DNA of 63,903 nt, filler included. It is 11 parts of 11 records of this genome, joined end to end, with 100 filler letters (N's around TTAATTAATTAA, not from the genome) between each part and the next. Parts side by side here need not be neighbours in the genome. Positions count along the whole stretch, not along the records: positions 1 to 11,595 come from SRR15195285_938; 10 more parts are not named here. One strand, 5' to 3'. Numbering within the stretch: position 1 is the first letter of the stretch; each line of letters opens with the position of its first letter. This document shows, in pieces, positions 1 through 10,782 of this stretch. Made by a program: the position numbers and the translations under genes. The notes below the pieces were generated by a model. The model was not told where the DNA came from and searched no databases. It was given only the letters and a program-made list of their open reading frames with translations.

Positions 1-3000
1 GAGGCAGAGTTCACTAACCGCAATACAGGTTACGACCAAGAGCGTGACCTCAACGGTGCACGCATGAGCGGCGCTCAAAATCTTGACGCATGCATGGACT
101 TCTGCGCAGCTGAGTACTCGTACTTCGGCCTCCAATGGGGCAGCTCCTGCACATGCGGCAACGAATTCGGCCAGCATGGCCGCGCCGAGAACGATGATGA
201 CTGCTCCTGGGACTGCCGCGGAAACGTCCCCGAGAAATGCTCGGCAACTGACGAGGAGGTTTGCGCCGCCGTTGAGATGCTTGTGCCGGCAGACGCTATC
301 GCTGAGAGCTGTGTCGCTGGCGTCGTCGGGGACGTAGCAGACTGCAGCGGTTTCGTACCAGGTGACGCGGATTCTTGCCCAACTGGCTGCGAGTACACGC
401 CGAGCACTCCCGCAGTTTCTGACGAAGGCAATGAGGCTGCGTGTACTGGCGCTGGGGAGTGTACGTTCTCTGTGCTCCCTGCTGGCTGCCGCTCGACCTC
501 CGCGTCGTTCTGCGACAGCGTGGACGTCACCTCTCGCTGGGCTCAATACCAGTGCACCATGGAGCCGTCGCGAGGGAGCCCTGGCGGATGCATTTTCACT
601 GCAGCCAACCGCACTCTGGATACCGGGGCTAGCTGCGTCGCTGCTGTTTCGACGGAAACGTGCGCCACCTATGACAACGACGAGAACACGTGCACCTCAA
701 CAGAGGGCTGCACATTCGTCGCCGTCGAAGTGGATACTTGCGTTGCAACGGACCAGGAAGCGTGCGATGACGTCCAGCTACCCAGCGACCAGACCACCTG
801 TGAATCTGCTGGCGAGTGCACTTACACTGTGCCGATCCAAGAGAAGTGCGGCGGCCAAGACCTGAACTCAATCTGGGCCGTTGTCCCTGGTGATGCCGGT
901 GAGCCTGTTACCAGGGACTACGTGGGTTGCTTTCTTGACCGCTCCAGCAGTTCGTTGTATGACCTTCACGGCGACGCGGCGCAGCAGAACGCAGACTCAA
1001 CTGGGTTCGGTCTGACGTTCGACGGGGAGGGGGACTACGCAACACTGAACCACGTGCAAGATTTCACAGGTGACGGAACCTTCTCTGTCGCGTTCTGGTT
1101 CACGAAGACGGCGTGCAACGACCCAGACGGCCCGTACCAAGTACTCTACTCGCATATGGGAGCCAACTACTCTTCCGGCGACCCTCGGCTGATGATCATG
1201 GTCGGTTGCTCTCATCAGGGAATGCACAGCACCGCATCTGCAGGAGATGTCATCCGTGTGATGTTCGATGACGACGACGGTCAGCGCGGTATCTTCGATG
1301 CGCCGATGTTGGATGCGTACGGCAGTGGCTTTGTGACCACCATGTGGGTGCACTTCGTGCTCAGCATGGACACCGACGGCGCACGCGTGTTCATCGACGG
1401 GGCGGATGTCAGTGAGGACCTCGGATTTCCGCAGAACAACCGTTGGATCCGCTGGTCTCAGACACCAGAAAACATCGCCTGGCCAGACCCTACACTGTTT
1501 GGAAAGTTCGAAGGCCGCGACTTGCAGGGCGAATCGTACACGCTGCGGGACGCCTCGCCGCTGACCTACTCGCACTGTGCCTTTGACGTCACCGGCAATG
1601 GGGCTGACTGCTCAGCTCCCAACGGCGGGCTGCCGTCATCCGTTGACGCCTCGTGGTGTGATGGGGGCGAAGATCGGTGCACGGACGTCAACGCCTGTGC
1701 TTCGCAGAGCCCTACTGTCTGGTGCGAGGGCAGCACTGAAGTTGAGGCCATGGCGCAACCTGAGACTCTAGAGGGTGCGCTGTCTGAATGCTCCGCTCTC
1801 TGCACGCGTGCTGGATACAGCTACATGGGCTTGCAATGGGAGAACCAATGCTTCTGTGACAATGAATATGGCCGCCGTGGACCTGCTAGAGAAGGAGCAT
1901 GTGATGCTGACGGTGACGGCGTGGTGGACTGCGGGTACAACGTCTCGGTGGTCCCTGACTGGGACGTGTCGGATGATGCACAGCCACGAACCGCTTGCGG
2001 TGGCAACAACGCTGTCTACGACGTGGCGGCTGTCACAGCAGACACGACTACGGGTTTCATAGGTTGCTTCCGTGATTCGTGGGAAGGCGATGATCGGACC
2101 TCGGGAGGGATAGCCACGAAGACCTTCGCCGGCATGACGTTCGACAGCACAACATACACTCGCGGAGGCCGCTTCAACGACACCGGCACTTACCTGGAGG
2201 GTCCGCTTCCCTTGGTGCAGGGCACCCACCACTTCCACCCCATGGGTACTCGTTCTGGCTGGGCCGACGGCAACTATTTCGAAGTATGGCTCAACGATGA
2301 GGACGGAAACCCGGCCACTCTCCTGGTCGGTGGTCCGCCCGAAGAAGAGTCATGTGTCAGTCCGAACGTTGGCGCCGACTGCCCGTTGACTGCAGGTACC
2401 AATTGTTCCTCTGACACCTGCGCATACACTCCGCAGGAAGTGCTGCAGCCCGCGGGGTGCTTCGCATCATCCGCTGACTACTGTGCGAACGTGGACGCTT
2501 CCACAGGATGGGCGCAGTATGTGTGCACCGAACAGGCTAGCAACCGTTGGGATCAAGTCAACCCTGGTGGCTGCCTGTTTGTTCCAGCGAGCGATGCGGG
2601 ACCGGCAACGTGCACCGTAATCGCGCAGTGCGATGGCGCAGCCGATACGGACGCCTGCGGGGCAATTGACGGATGCGAGTGGCGCGAGGAGCAAGTTCAA
2701 CAGGAGTCATGCGATCCATTGGGTGTTGCAGAGTGTGCAGCTGCTGATATTGGATCTAGAAGCTGGTACTACTCCCAGACGGCCTGTACAGATGCCTGGG
2801 AGCTCTGTGATTACACTCCTGCTAGCAACTGCAACGCATGCGAAGACGCACCGCGTGGCCCCACGGGTGCAGGCAACCCACCATGGGAGTTCCTCGAGCC
2901 ATCAGTCACTTGCCCTCTAACGGTAGACGGTTGTTCGGAAACTGCGGGATGCAGTGTCGTCGGCACAGCCTGCATGCTAACGCACTGCGCCAAGTGTGTT

Positions 3001-6000
3001 GGCAGTTTGAAGAGCGAGGACAAGTATGTCCCATTCGATCTGCCTGCCGATGGCTCTGTAACTGTGAAGGTCGTGGTTGCGGCATGGGGCAACGCGATTA
3101 GCTGGGAGATCACTGACCAGGAGCTCTCCTGGGTAAGTGAAGAAGGAGTGGACGGGTTCAAGCGCCGCCAGGTTGAACACTTCGGGCCACTTCGCGGCAA
3201 GCCGACGCTCGGCAGCGCTGGTCCAGATGCAGGGTGGTTTTCACAGGAAGAATACACTGGCTCCATCGCTGCGATTTCAATGTACTGGCGCCCGGTTGAC
3301 GAAGAAGCGGTGAATTGCATTTACAACCGGCAGTCGAACTTCCTCACCACGTGTGTCGCACCGGAGCGCATGCGAGGCAGGCCGTTCTATTCTACCATGG
3401 ACCCGCGTGACATGTCCAAGGACCACGCTGACTTGGGAGACGGTATGACCCTGGAGGCCTGTGCCGACTATTGCGCAGATTACACGTACTTCGGTGCCCA
3501 AAACTCCCACTGCTATTGCGACAACGATTTCGGCAAGTACGGGGTTGCCGAGGAAGGCTGTGTCGACGACCCCACAGGACAGCTGGACGAGTACGGCGTG
3601 AGCTGTGACGAATGGATGTCCCAGACGGCTACAATGGCGAGCGGCATGGCGGATGAACTGGGTATGACTATGCCTGACGACATGTGCGACTTCGACATGG
3701 CCATGTGGCCGAACTGGGACGAAATGACATCAAGCAGTGAGGGGCGTGAGCAGTTTGGTAGCCTCTTGACCGTCTTCGAGCAGCAAGGCAGCACGATGAT
3801 GTCCGCGATTTGCCCGGAAACATGTGGCACGTGCGGGGCGTACACCGAGTCTGCAGTCGAAGGAGGCTCTTACTATACCGAATGCGACCACTCATGCAAC
3901 GGCGACGACGAGCAGATCTGTGGTGGCAGATGGCGCAACTCCGTGTACGAAATCACCGGCGAAGGTATGGACTGGACCGACTACATTACCATTAGCGGCG
4001 AGAGTACGTGGTGCAGCGATGAAGCATTCGGAGTGAGCTCCGAGGGCTTCCGCGCGCAGTGTCAGTGCCGGGGCCAGGGCAAGTGCGCCGACGAACGATC
4101 GAATTGCGTGTGCGTCAACGAGGACGGGTCCCCTGGAGAGGTGCGGTACGGCCGCCCTACGTTCGAATACATGGGCTGCTACAAGGACCACGGCCAGGAG
4201 TTTGATGGTATGACAACGTACGGCAATACGTACTTCGATCACGACTTCGGCATTACGTTTGATGGCGAAGGCGACTACGCCGAGCTGGACATGTCAGATA
4301 CGCGATGGATCACGAACGACGGGTCGTTCACCCTGTCCTTCTGGTCCACAATCTCCGCGTGCACTAGCCCGTCCTGGTACGAGACGATACTCGCCTGGTA
4401 CAAGTATCCGGACAAGAGCAGGTGGGACGACAGCAACACGCACATTGAGGTGATGATGGGATGCTCGTCGTACAGCCACAGCACGATCGAGGGCAACACC
4501 ATGCGTGTCAACCTGCTTGACGACGACGGTGGCAAGACAATCTTCGACGTTTCGATGGATGACCTGCCTGGCTCAGAGAACCCGGTGACTGACACCTGGG
4601 TGAACGTAGTCCTGTCCATGTCAACAGAGGAAATCAAGATCTTCATCGATGGTGTGAGCCCGTGCGGTGGCGGTGGCGGCGGCGGCCGGCCTCGTCGCAA
4701 CCGTGGCTGCGACAAGATCGGAGTGCCTGACTTTTCGGACACACCATGGGCCGACAGAATGGCATGGACCATGTCACCAGAGAACGGGGCGTGGGCTGCA
4801 GGACAAGGCGACGGACCTGGTGGGCCGAGTCTGAACAGAGCCCGCCCGGGTACGTACGACCTGCGCTACGGCGAGTGTGATGCCAACTCGAATCCCGACT
4901 GCATCGATGACCCGGCAGGTGACTTGGCTGACAACGGGCTGAGCTGCGAGACGTTCGTCGCGATGATCGAGCCGATGGCCGACGCGCAAGGGACAATACC
5001 CTGTGAGATGGATGTGAGCCAAATGAATCCGGAAGCCCCAGAGGGCTCCTTTGTCAAGCTGTTTTGCCCTGAGACGTGCAGCTACGAATGCCCAGCGGAA
5101 GAGCCATGTGACCCCATGGACACAGATGACGACCGCGTGACGATGAAACAGTCACCGCTGTATATTGGCGGGACACCGGACGGGTTTGGATTCACGGGCT
5201 CTATCACCGGCCTCGGGATCTTCCGTTCCGCTTTGGATGCGTCGCAGGCCAGCTGCCTGTTCCGATTTGGGCAATACGATGTTCACGTTTGCGACGATCC
5301 AGATGACATGTATGGTCTGTTCTACTCGATGACAGCCTTGCCGGCGCCGAGGCTGATGGTAGACAAGCGCCTGTCGCGGCGAAGCTGTCGCGACGCAGAA
5401 CCAGTAGAGGCAAGCTGCGCAGTGACCCCTGGTACTGACGCACAGGAGGCGGCAGCGGCCACCACGTGCACACTCAATGACGCAGCATGCACGGTCGCTA
5501 CCGGTTCCGGTGACTGCGAGTACGTCGCGCCCGTCACGATGCAGGAGTCGTGTGAGGCGGCGTCAGAAGTGCCTGGACACTGTGTCTATACCACGGCAGT
5601 TGCGGAACCCGACTGCAGTGGGTTTTCATCAGGCGCTAACACGTGTGATACTAGCAACGGCTGCATTTTCACACCAGCTGATGGCGACGACGCTGAAACC
5701 TGCGTCGCAGATCCACAGGTTGCCCATCCCGAGGGGTGCACTACCGTCGCAGGGACACCGGATGCCCGCGCAGTGTGTGCAGCAGCGTGCGTGAAGTTAG
5801 GGTATCCGTTCATGGGTATGGAGTTCCAAAACGACTGCCTGTGCGACACCAGCTACTCGGCTGGTGGGCAGGTACCCGACGGTGAGTGTGACGTAGACAA
5901 GGACGGAACTATGGACTGCGGTACGTTCGATGCTGACTGGAGTTGGTGGTCCGACCCAGCGAACCCTTGCGCGTATCGAGTTGCGGTCTACAGTGTCAGC

Positions 6001-9000
6001 GACAGCTGTACACCGGCCGAGTCGAGCTCTGCGACGACGGATGACTGCCTGGCATACACACCCGGCGATGCCAGCACTTGCCCGGACGGCTGCGCGTACG
6101 ACGTGGCGTACGAGGAGAACGGGTGTTGGCGCGATCCTGTCGGCATGCCTGCGGGTGTCTCTCTCGGTGGCGATGCATACTTTGACGATTCTGGTCGCCA
6201 CAGTGGTGGTGGAGTTGGGCGCGACGATGGTGACTTGTCCGATGCAGACGACTTCGGGATTCATTTTGATGGCCTTGGGGACTACGCCGCCATCCAGGAC
6301 CAGCCGTCCGGGTACGCAAGTGACGGCACATTTTCCATCGCCATGTGGGTTAGCAGGCCAGCTTGCTCTGCCTCGGGCACCGAACAGATTTTGTATCGCC
6401 ATGCAACCGAGGATTGGCGCAACGGCCCGATGATCCAGCTGTCCTACGTCTGCAGCAACGATCGTCGGCACCAGCACAGTACTGCACAGCAGGTCAGGGG
6501 CGAGGAGGCGGAGGTGGACGTGATGCGGTTGACACTGCGCGACTCGACCAAACCTGAGCCACAGGTTGCCGTAGTTGACTGGCGCGTGGGCAGCGATGGT
6601 GGCCTTACGACTGACACGTGGATGCACGTCGTCGTCGGCGTTCACCGCACTGGGCTCACTGTACACATGAACGGCCGCAAGCTACGCCCCAGGGAGTTCG
6701 GTTTCCCCATCTATAGCCCCACAACGATGGGTGGTCCCACTGCGTTCATCCCGCACGGGTACAACCAGCGGGATAGCATGTTGATATCGTGTGGAGAGAC
6801 GTGCGCTGGCTACGACTACATGGGCATATCCGAGATGGGTATATGCATGTGTGGCGACAGTTTCGGTCCTGCCGCGGAAGCTGGGATCTGTGGCGACGCG
6901 GGCGAGCTGTGCGGACAGACACCATGCCAAGACTGGCCGATGCCAGGAGGTGGTGACTGCCCAAGTATGCTCGAGATGCTGTCGTCGATGGCCCCGTCCT
7001 CGGTCGTTGCGGGGGATAACATCACACTCGAAGAAGCGACTATGCAGTGGATCTGCTCGGAAGAGGTGCACATTCACAACCCGCGCGTCCCGAGCGGCAT
7101 CACTTTCGGCGATGTCTGCGCGGTCTCGTGCAACACCTGCGTTGAGTCTACGCCAGATGAACTCAGTGCCGCGCAAACCCAGTGCAGGGACGCTGCAGCG
7201 ACGTGGGAGATCACAGCCTCAGGTGGCCTCGGCCCTTACATTGGCTGCAAGTCCACGGAGACAGACGGCAACGCGATCGTCCCTGGTGGCTGGAACACGG
7301 ACTGGCAGACCGATGCGAACGCTGCGTACCCGAATGTCGCAGATATGGACATGGGAGGATTCGATGTCGACCACACCTACGGAGACGGCCACGATGACGA
7401 CCAGGACTTCTTCGAAACTGTGATGCTCACGGAGAACGTGACTCGACATACTCTGCATCTCGAAGGCACGGAACGGGGCTGGGACGGCTACTGGGAGATT
7501 CTGAGTACTGACAAACAGTTGTGCGCTGCCGCAACTGCGGTCGAAGCAGTCGAGGCAGCTGACGCCAGCTGCACACCACCAGCGGGTGATGCTACGTCTG
7601 TCTGTGACGATCCGCTAAGCTGTAATGCTCCGTGTGTCCACACCCCGGCGGTGGTTGCAGTGGAAGCAGTCTCAATGGCGGACGCGTGCGCAGCGGCTGG
7701 CGTGTGCGAGATGAAGGTTGCCTCCGAGGCAACCTGCAGCGTTGCTGGCCATGACGCTTCTAAGTGTTGGGAGAGGGGGGCCCTCGACACCGACTGCTGT
7801 TCCGCAGCACCGGAGTGCTCCGACGGTTTCACAGCGGTCAACTCGGGAGATGCCTGCTGGAGCAGCCCTGACGGCAACTTCGTAGCCTACAATTACATTT
7901 GCGTGTCTCCTGATGCCGTTGCGTCCACAAGCGTCCCCGACTGCTCTGCATTTGATGGCGGAGATGAGGCCACTTGCCCCGAAGGCTGCGCCTTCACCGA
8001 TGCGGTAGTGCGATGCGCGCCTGCCACCCTCGCAGGCGGTCCAGAAGCCGGCCAGGTCAGTGAGCCAAACCAGATGGTCGAGTTTGACTGGGCCGGCGCG
8101 GAGACAGGGGCTGCGCAGTGCAGTGTGAAACCGATGGTTGCGGGCTTCTGCAAGGTGGACCTTCAAGGCACTGTAGAAGAGCAGACGGCAGCCTGTGCAA
8201 ACGCCGGTGACTGTTCCTACGTCCCCGAAAACCCATTGCTTGGGCCGAGGGCCGGTCGGGCACGTTGCGAGGCCAACGCGGCGAGTGCCTGCCGTGGCAT
8301 ATTCACTGACCAAGCGTCCTGTGAAGGACTGTATGACCATGGACCTCAAGGCTCCGGCTGCCAGTACACACCAGCGAACAGTGCCGTTGTGGTCAAGATT
8401 AGCGTAAACCGCTGGGGCAATTACATCAGGTGGGAGCTCCTGGACAGCAATGCCGATCGAGAGGGCCACGGGCCGCAGAGCCGGCCCATTTACCTCGGTG
8501 GTATTCCAGGGTTGCAGCCGGGCAACTGGATGTTCCGCATGATACGTCCTTTCATCGGCAACATTGCTGATGTTCTCATCTTCAGTAGGTCGCCTGACGA
8601 TGATGCCATCAACTGCATGTACCGAAACCAGCAACGGGCACTCGGGAAGTGCCGCCAACCTGCGGACACGTGGGGCAACGTGTTCTGGAACGAGATGACG
8701 GTTGCGCCTACCAGAGAGAGCACGGCCGCCATTCCTGCCCACTGCAGCTGGGACGGGACTTGCGACTCACCACTTCTTCAGGCGCCTGGTGCCGAATTCT
8801 GTCACACGTCGGAGGAGAATTGCCTCGGTGCCTGCAGCGCCCAGGCTCAGGGCACGTGGTGCGAGGCCACGCCATCGATCATGGACCCTGAACCGACCGG
8901 CGCGTGCACAGCCACGGATGCCGCGTCGGACGCAGAGGCCGCCACGTGCGCCGCAGTGACCGACCTCGACACTGACGTTGCATGTGGACAAGCCAGTAGC

Positions 9001-10566
9001 AACTGTGCCTACACCCCGCCGCCGTTTGGTTTCCCAGTCGGCCCTAGCATGATCGTTGTTGGTGATGCGACAATCCGTGACGGCTTCGGCCTCGACTTGA
9101 CAGCAAACGATCACCAGCGCACCATGGGTGACGGCACGTTCACCTTGATGGATGGTCTGTCCGATGCGCGCGGAGCACTCACCCCGGAGGCATGCATGAT
9201 TCAGTGTAAGCAAGACGGATATGACTTCGCAGGCCTGCAATTCGGCCAGGAGTGCTGGTGCTCTGACGTTGCACCAGCAGACATGGATCGTTACGTTCCT
9301 ACTCCAGATGAGGCTGCCTCCAACTCCGACGGCTGCACTGCTCCTTGTACAGAAAGAGTGGAGTCTTGCGTCAACTACGACTACGCCACTACAGGGAACA
9401 TGTGCCCCGGTGTGGAGCTTGGCGACGACCCTGCTGCAAATGAGGCCGCCTGCAACCTCGTCAACGGGTGCGTCTACACCGCCCCTACAAGTGCATCACG
9501 CTGGTGCGGTGGTCGTCAGTGCATTGGTGACGACACACGCTACTGTGGCGGTGGGTGGCGCAACAGCGTCTACGCAACTGCGGATGTTGCTGACTGTGTC
9601 ACTGCGTACGAGCCCGGTGTCCTCGAGACTCCGTCGACGACTTGCCCGGCCGGGTGCACGTTTACAGCCGCAACTGAGGACACGGATGAAACCTGCCTTC
9701 CCAACGCTGCAGACAACACTCCAGACACTGCACAAAGTGCGTACCAGGGCTGCTACAACGACAGGCCGTCAAACAGCTTCGCTTTCCTCAGAGGTGACGA
9801 TGTCAAGCAGTTCGCGCAGCGCGCCAGCTTCACCATCTCGTTCTGGTTCACCCACAACTACTGCTCCGACGTGACAAATACGGGCAGCTGGGAAACGCTG
9901 TTTTCGACGTCTGGGCAGCACTGCGATGCTACTCACGCTGATGGCTGCGAGCCGCAGGAAATCTGGATCGGGCTGAAGTGCAACGAGAACACTACATTGA
10001 GCGGCGTAAACGGCACCGTGATCCGGCTGATTATGAGGGACGACGACGATCAGCTCGTACAGACAGACCTCGCGGTCGGGCAGGAGGACAGCATGGACGA
10101 GTATGGAGGATCGATCACCCGCAGCTGGGTGCACTACGCGCTTGTTGTCGACAAGACGACTGTCGCACAGTACGTCGACGGCGTTGCAGCGCGCCGATAT
10201 GGACTCAGGTGGGGAATGGACGACTCTCGCAATCTTGCTTGGCACAACGTGTCCGACACGAACGTAGAGACTATCAGTTGGCGCCGCGACCCAGAGATCG
10301 TGCTGCGTGGCGCTGGCCTGCAATCTTTCAATTTCACTGGCAGGGACCATCGGATGACCCTGGGTTTCAGCTTCGGCCCATGGGGAGGAAGCTACTTCAA
10401 CGGCTTCATGGCGAACGTCGGCCTTTTCCGGCGACCCTTGGACAGCAACGAGATCACGTGCTTGTACAGGTACGGGGAGACGCATCTCGGCCTGCCGCCG
10501 AGGGAGTGGAGGCGCGCGAATCTGGGCGGCTTGCCGCCGCTTGGTGGCGCTGCCGGCGGGCGCTAA
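1..10566 (+). CDS. Giant intron-free Cys-rich extracellular protein (>3500 aa, 5' partial): about 6 WSC domains, 4 LamG/concanavalin-like domains, ShKT-like and other Cys repeats
   Basis: The frame is open from base 1 to the TAA at 10564-10566. WSC motifs: C..C..Y.YFGLQWG..C.CG, CGG.WRNSVY and Y.GC..D. LamG motifs: FDG.GDYA, F[ST].[AS]FW, W.H.V, [FY][IV]DG and F.G.[IM]..[VL].[IL]F. ShKT-like CPETC occurs twice. Confidence 0.85.
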   Translation, partial: EAEFTNRNTGYDQERDLNGARMSGAQNLDACMDFCAAEYSYFGLQWGSSCTCGNEFGQHGRAENDDDCSWDCRGNVPEKCSATDEEVCAAVEMLVPADAIAESCVAGVVGDVADCSGFVPGDADSCPTGCEYTPSTPAVSDEGNEAACTGAGECTFSVLPAGCRSTSASFCDSVDVTSRWAQYQCTMEPSRGSPGGCIFTAANRTLDTGASCVAAVSTETCATYDNDENTCTSTEGCTFVAVEVDTCVATDQEACDDVQLPSDQTTCESAGECTYTVPIQEKCGGQDLNSIWAVVPGDAGEPVTRDYVGCFLDRSSSSLYDLHGDAAQQNADSTGFGLTFDGEGDYATLNHVQDFTGDGTFSVAFWFTKTACNDPDGPYQVLYSHMGANYSSGDPRLMIMVGCSHQGMHSTASAGDVIRVMFDDDDGQRGIFDAPMLDAYGSGFVTTMWVHFVLSMDTDGARVFIDGADVSEDLGFPQNNRWIRWSQTPENIAWPDPTLFGKFEGRDLQGESYTLRDASPLTYSHCAFDVTGNGADCSAPNGGLPSSVDASWCDGGEDRCTDVNACASQSPTVWCEGSTEVEAMAQPETLEGALSECSALCTRAGYSYMGLQWENQCFCDNEYGRRGPAREGACDADGDGVVDCGYNVSVVPDWDVSDDAQPRTACGGNNAVYDVAAVTADTTTGFIGCFRDSWEGDDRTSGGIATKTFAGMTFDSTTYTRGGRFNDTGTYLEGPLPLVQGTHHFHPMGTRSGWADGNYFEVWLNDEDGNPATLLVGGPPEEESCVSPNVGADCPLTAGTNCSSDTCAYTPQEVLQPAGCFASSADYCANVDASTGWAQYVCTEQASNRWDQVNPGGCLFVPASDAGPATCTVIAQCDGAADTDACGAIDGCEWREEQVQQESCDPLGVAECAAADIGSRSWYYSQTACTDAWELCDYTPASNCNACEDAPRGPTGAGNPPWEFLEPSVTCPLTVDGCSETAGCSVVGTACMLTHCAKCVGSLKSEDKYVPFDLPADGSVTVKVVVAAWGNAISWEITDQELSWVSEEGVDGFKRRQVEHFGPLRGKPTLGSAGPDAGWFSQEEYTGSIAAISMYWRPVDEEAVNCIYNRQSNFLTTCVAPERMRGRPFYSTMDPRDMSKDHADLGDGMTLEACADYCADYTYFGAQNSHCYCDNDFGKYGVAEEGCVDDPTGQLDEYGVSCDEWMSQTATMASGMADELGMTMPDDMCDFDMAMWPNWDEMTSSSEGREQFGSLLTVFEQQGSTMMSAICPETCGTCGAYTESAVEGGSYYTECDHSCNGDDEQICGGRWRNSVYEITGEGMDWTDYITISGESTWCSDEAFGVSSEGFRAQCQCRGQGKCADERSNCVCVNEDGSPGEVRYGRPTFEYMGCYKDHGQEFDGMTTYGNTYFDHDFGITFDGEGDYAELDMSDTRWITNDGSFTLSFWSTISACTSPSWYETILAWYKYPDKSRWDDSNTHIEVMMGCSSYSHSTIEGNTMRVNLLDDDGGKTIFDVSMDDLPGSENPVTDTWVNVVLSMSTEEIKIFIDGVSPCGGGGGGGRPRRNRGCDKIGVPDFSDTPWADRMAWTMSPENGAWAAGQGDGPGGPSLNRARPGTYDLRYGECDANSNPDCIDDPAGDLADNGLSCETFVAMIEPMADAQGTIPCEMDVSQMNPEAPEGSFVKLFCPETCSYECPAEEPCDPMDTDDDRVTMKQSPLYIGGTPDGFGFTGSITGLGIFRSALDASQASCLFRFGQYDVHVCDDPDDMYGLFYSMTALPAPRLMVDKRLSRRSCRDAEPVEASCAVTPGTDAQEAAAATTCTLNDAACTVATGSGDCEYVAPVTMQESCEAASEVPGHCVYTTAVAEPDCSGFSSGANTCDTSNGCIFTPADGDDAETCVADPQVAHPEGCTTVAGTPDARAVCAAACVKLGYPFMGMEFQNDCLCDTSYSAGGQVPDGECDVDKDGTMDCGTFDADWSWWSDPANPCAYRVAVYSVSDSCTPAESSSATTDDCLAYTPGDASTCPDGCAYDVAYEENGCWRDPVGMPAGVSLGGDAYFDDSGRHSGGGVGRDDGDLSDADDFGIHFDGLGDYAAIQDQPSGYASDGTFSIAMWVSRPACSASGTEQILYRHATEDWRNGPMIQLSYVCSNDRRHQHSTAQQVRGEEAEVDVMRLTLRDSTKPEPQVAVVDWRVGSDGGLTTDTWMHVVVGVHRTGLTVHMNGRKLRPREFGFPIYSPTTMGGPTAFIPHGYNQRDSMLISCGETCAGYDYMGISEMGICMCGDSFGPAAEAGICGDAGELCGQTPCQDWPMPGGGDCPSMLEMLSSMAPSSVVAGDNITLEEATMQWICSEEVHIHNPRVPSGITFGDVCAVSCNTCVESTPDELSAAQTQCRDAAATWEITASGGLGPYIGCKSTETDGNAIVPGGWNTDWQTDANAAYPNVADMDMGGFDVDHTYGDGHDDDQDFFETVMLTENVTRHTLHLEGTERGWDGYWEILSTDKQLCAAATAVEAVEAADASCTPPAGDATSVCDDPLSCNAPCVHTPAVVAVEAVSMADACAAAGVCEMKVASEATCSVAGHDASKCWERGALDTDCCSAAPECSDGFTAVNSGDACWSSPDGNFVAYNYICVSPDAVASTSVPDCSAFDGGDEATCPEGCAFTDAVVRCAPATLAGGPEAGQVSEPNQMVEFDWAGAETGAAQCSVKPMVAGFCKVDLQGTVEEQTAACANAGDCSYVPENPLLGPRAGRARCEANAASACRGIFTDQASCEGLYDHGPQGSGCQYTPANSAVVVKISVNRWGNYIRWELLDSNADREGHGPQSRPIYLGGIPGLQPGNWMFRMIRPFIGNIADVLIFSRSPDDDAINCMYRNQQRALGKCRQPADTWGNVFWNEMTVAPTRESTAAIPAHCSWDGTCDSPLLQAPGAEFCHTSEENCLGACSAQAQGTWCEATPSIMDPEPTGACTATDAASDAEAATCAAVTDLDTDVACGQASSNCAYTPPPFGFPVGPSMIVVGDATIRDGFGLDLTANDHQRTMGDGTFTLMDGLSDARGALTPEACMIQCKQDGYDFAGLQFGQECWCSDVAPADMDRYVPTPDEAASNSDGCTAPCTERVESCVNYDYATTGNMCPGVELGDDPAANEAACNLVNGCVYTAPTSASRWCGGRQCIGDDTRYCGGGWRNSVYATADVADCVTAYEPGVLETPSTTCPAGCTFTAATEDTDETCLPNAADNTPDTAQSAYQGCYNDRPSNSFAFLRGDDVKQFAQRASFTISFWFTHNYCSDVTNTGSWETLFSTSGQHCDATHADGCEPQEIWIGLKCNENTTLSGVNGTVIRLIMRDDDDQLVQTDLAVGQEDSMDEYGGSITRSWVHYALVVDKTTVAQYVDGVAARRYGLRWGMDDSRNLAWHNVSDTNVETISWRRDPEIVLRGAGLQSFNFTGRDHRMTLGFSFGPWGGSYFNGFMANVGLFRRPLDSNEITCLYRYGETHLGLPPREWRRANLGGLPPLGGAAGGR

Positions 10567-10782
10567 GGGCGTCGCGGGGGAGGGAGAGAGGGAGTCGCCA
10601 CGCTCGCTGCGTATTGTGTTTACTACTAGAATGAATTCTGTGTGTTCAAGTCCCCTGTTGTCAGGCCGACAGCGCGAGTGCACGCGCCATTCGAACAGTA
10701 CTTAAGCCCACCCTGGACTGAGCCGGCGTACGAGCGCAGCGAGTGCTCACCAAACGATGATCGGGTGTGCAACTCGGCTCAG

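Noticed and set aside
50-10683. Many long antisense and alternate-frame ORFs overlapping the large genes
   Set aside because: These are expected shadow ORFs in GC-rich coding DNA and have no motifs.
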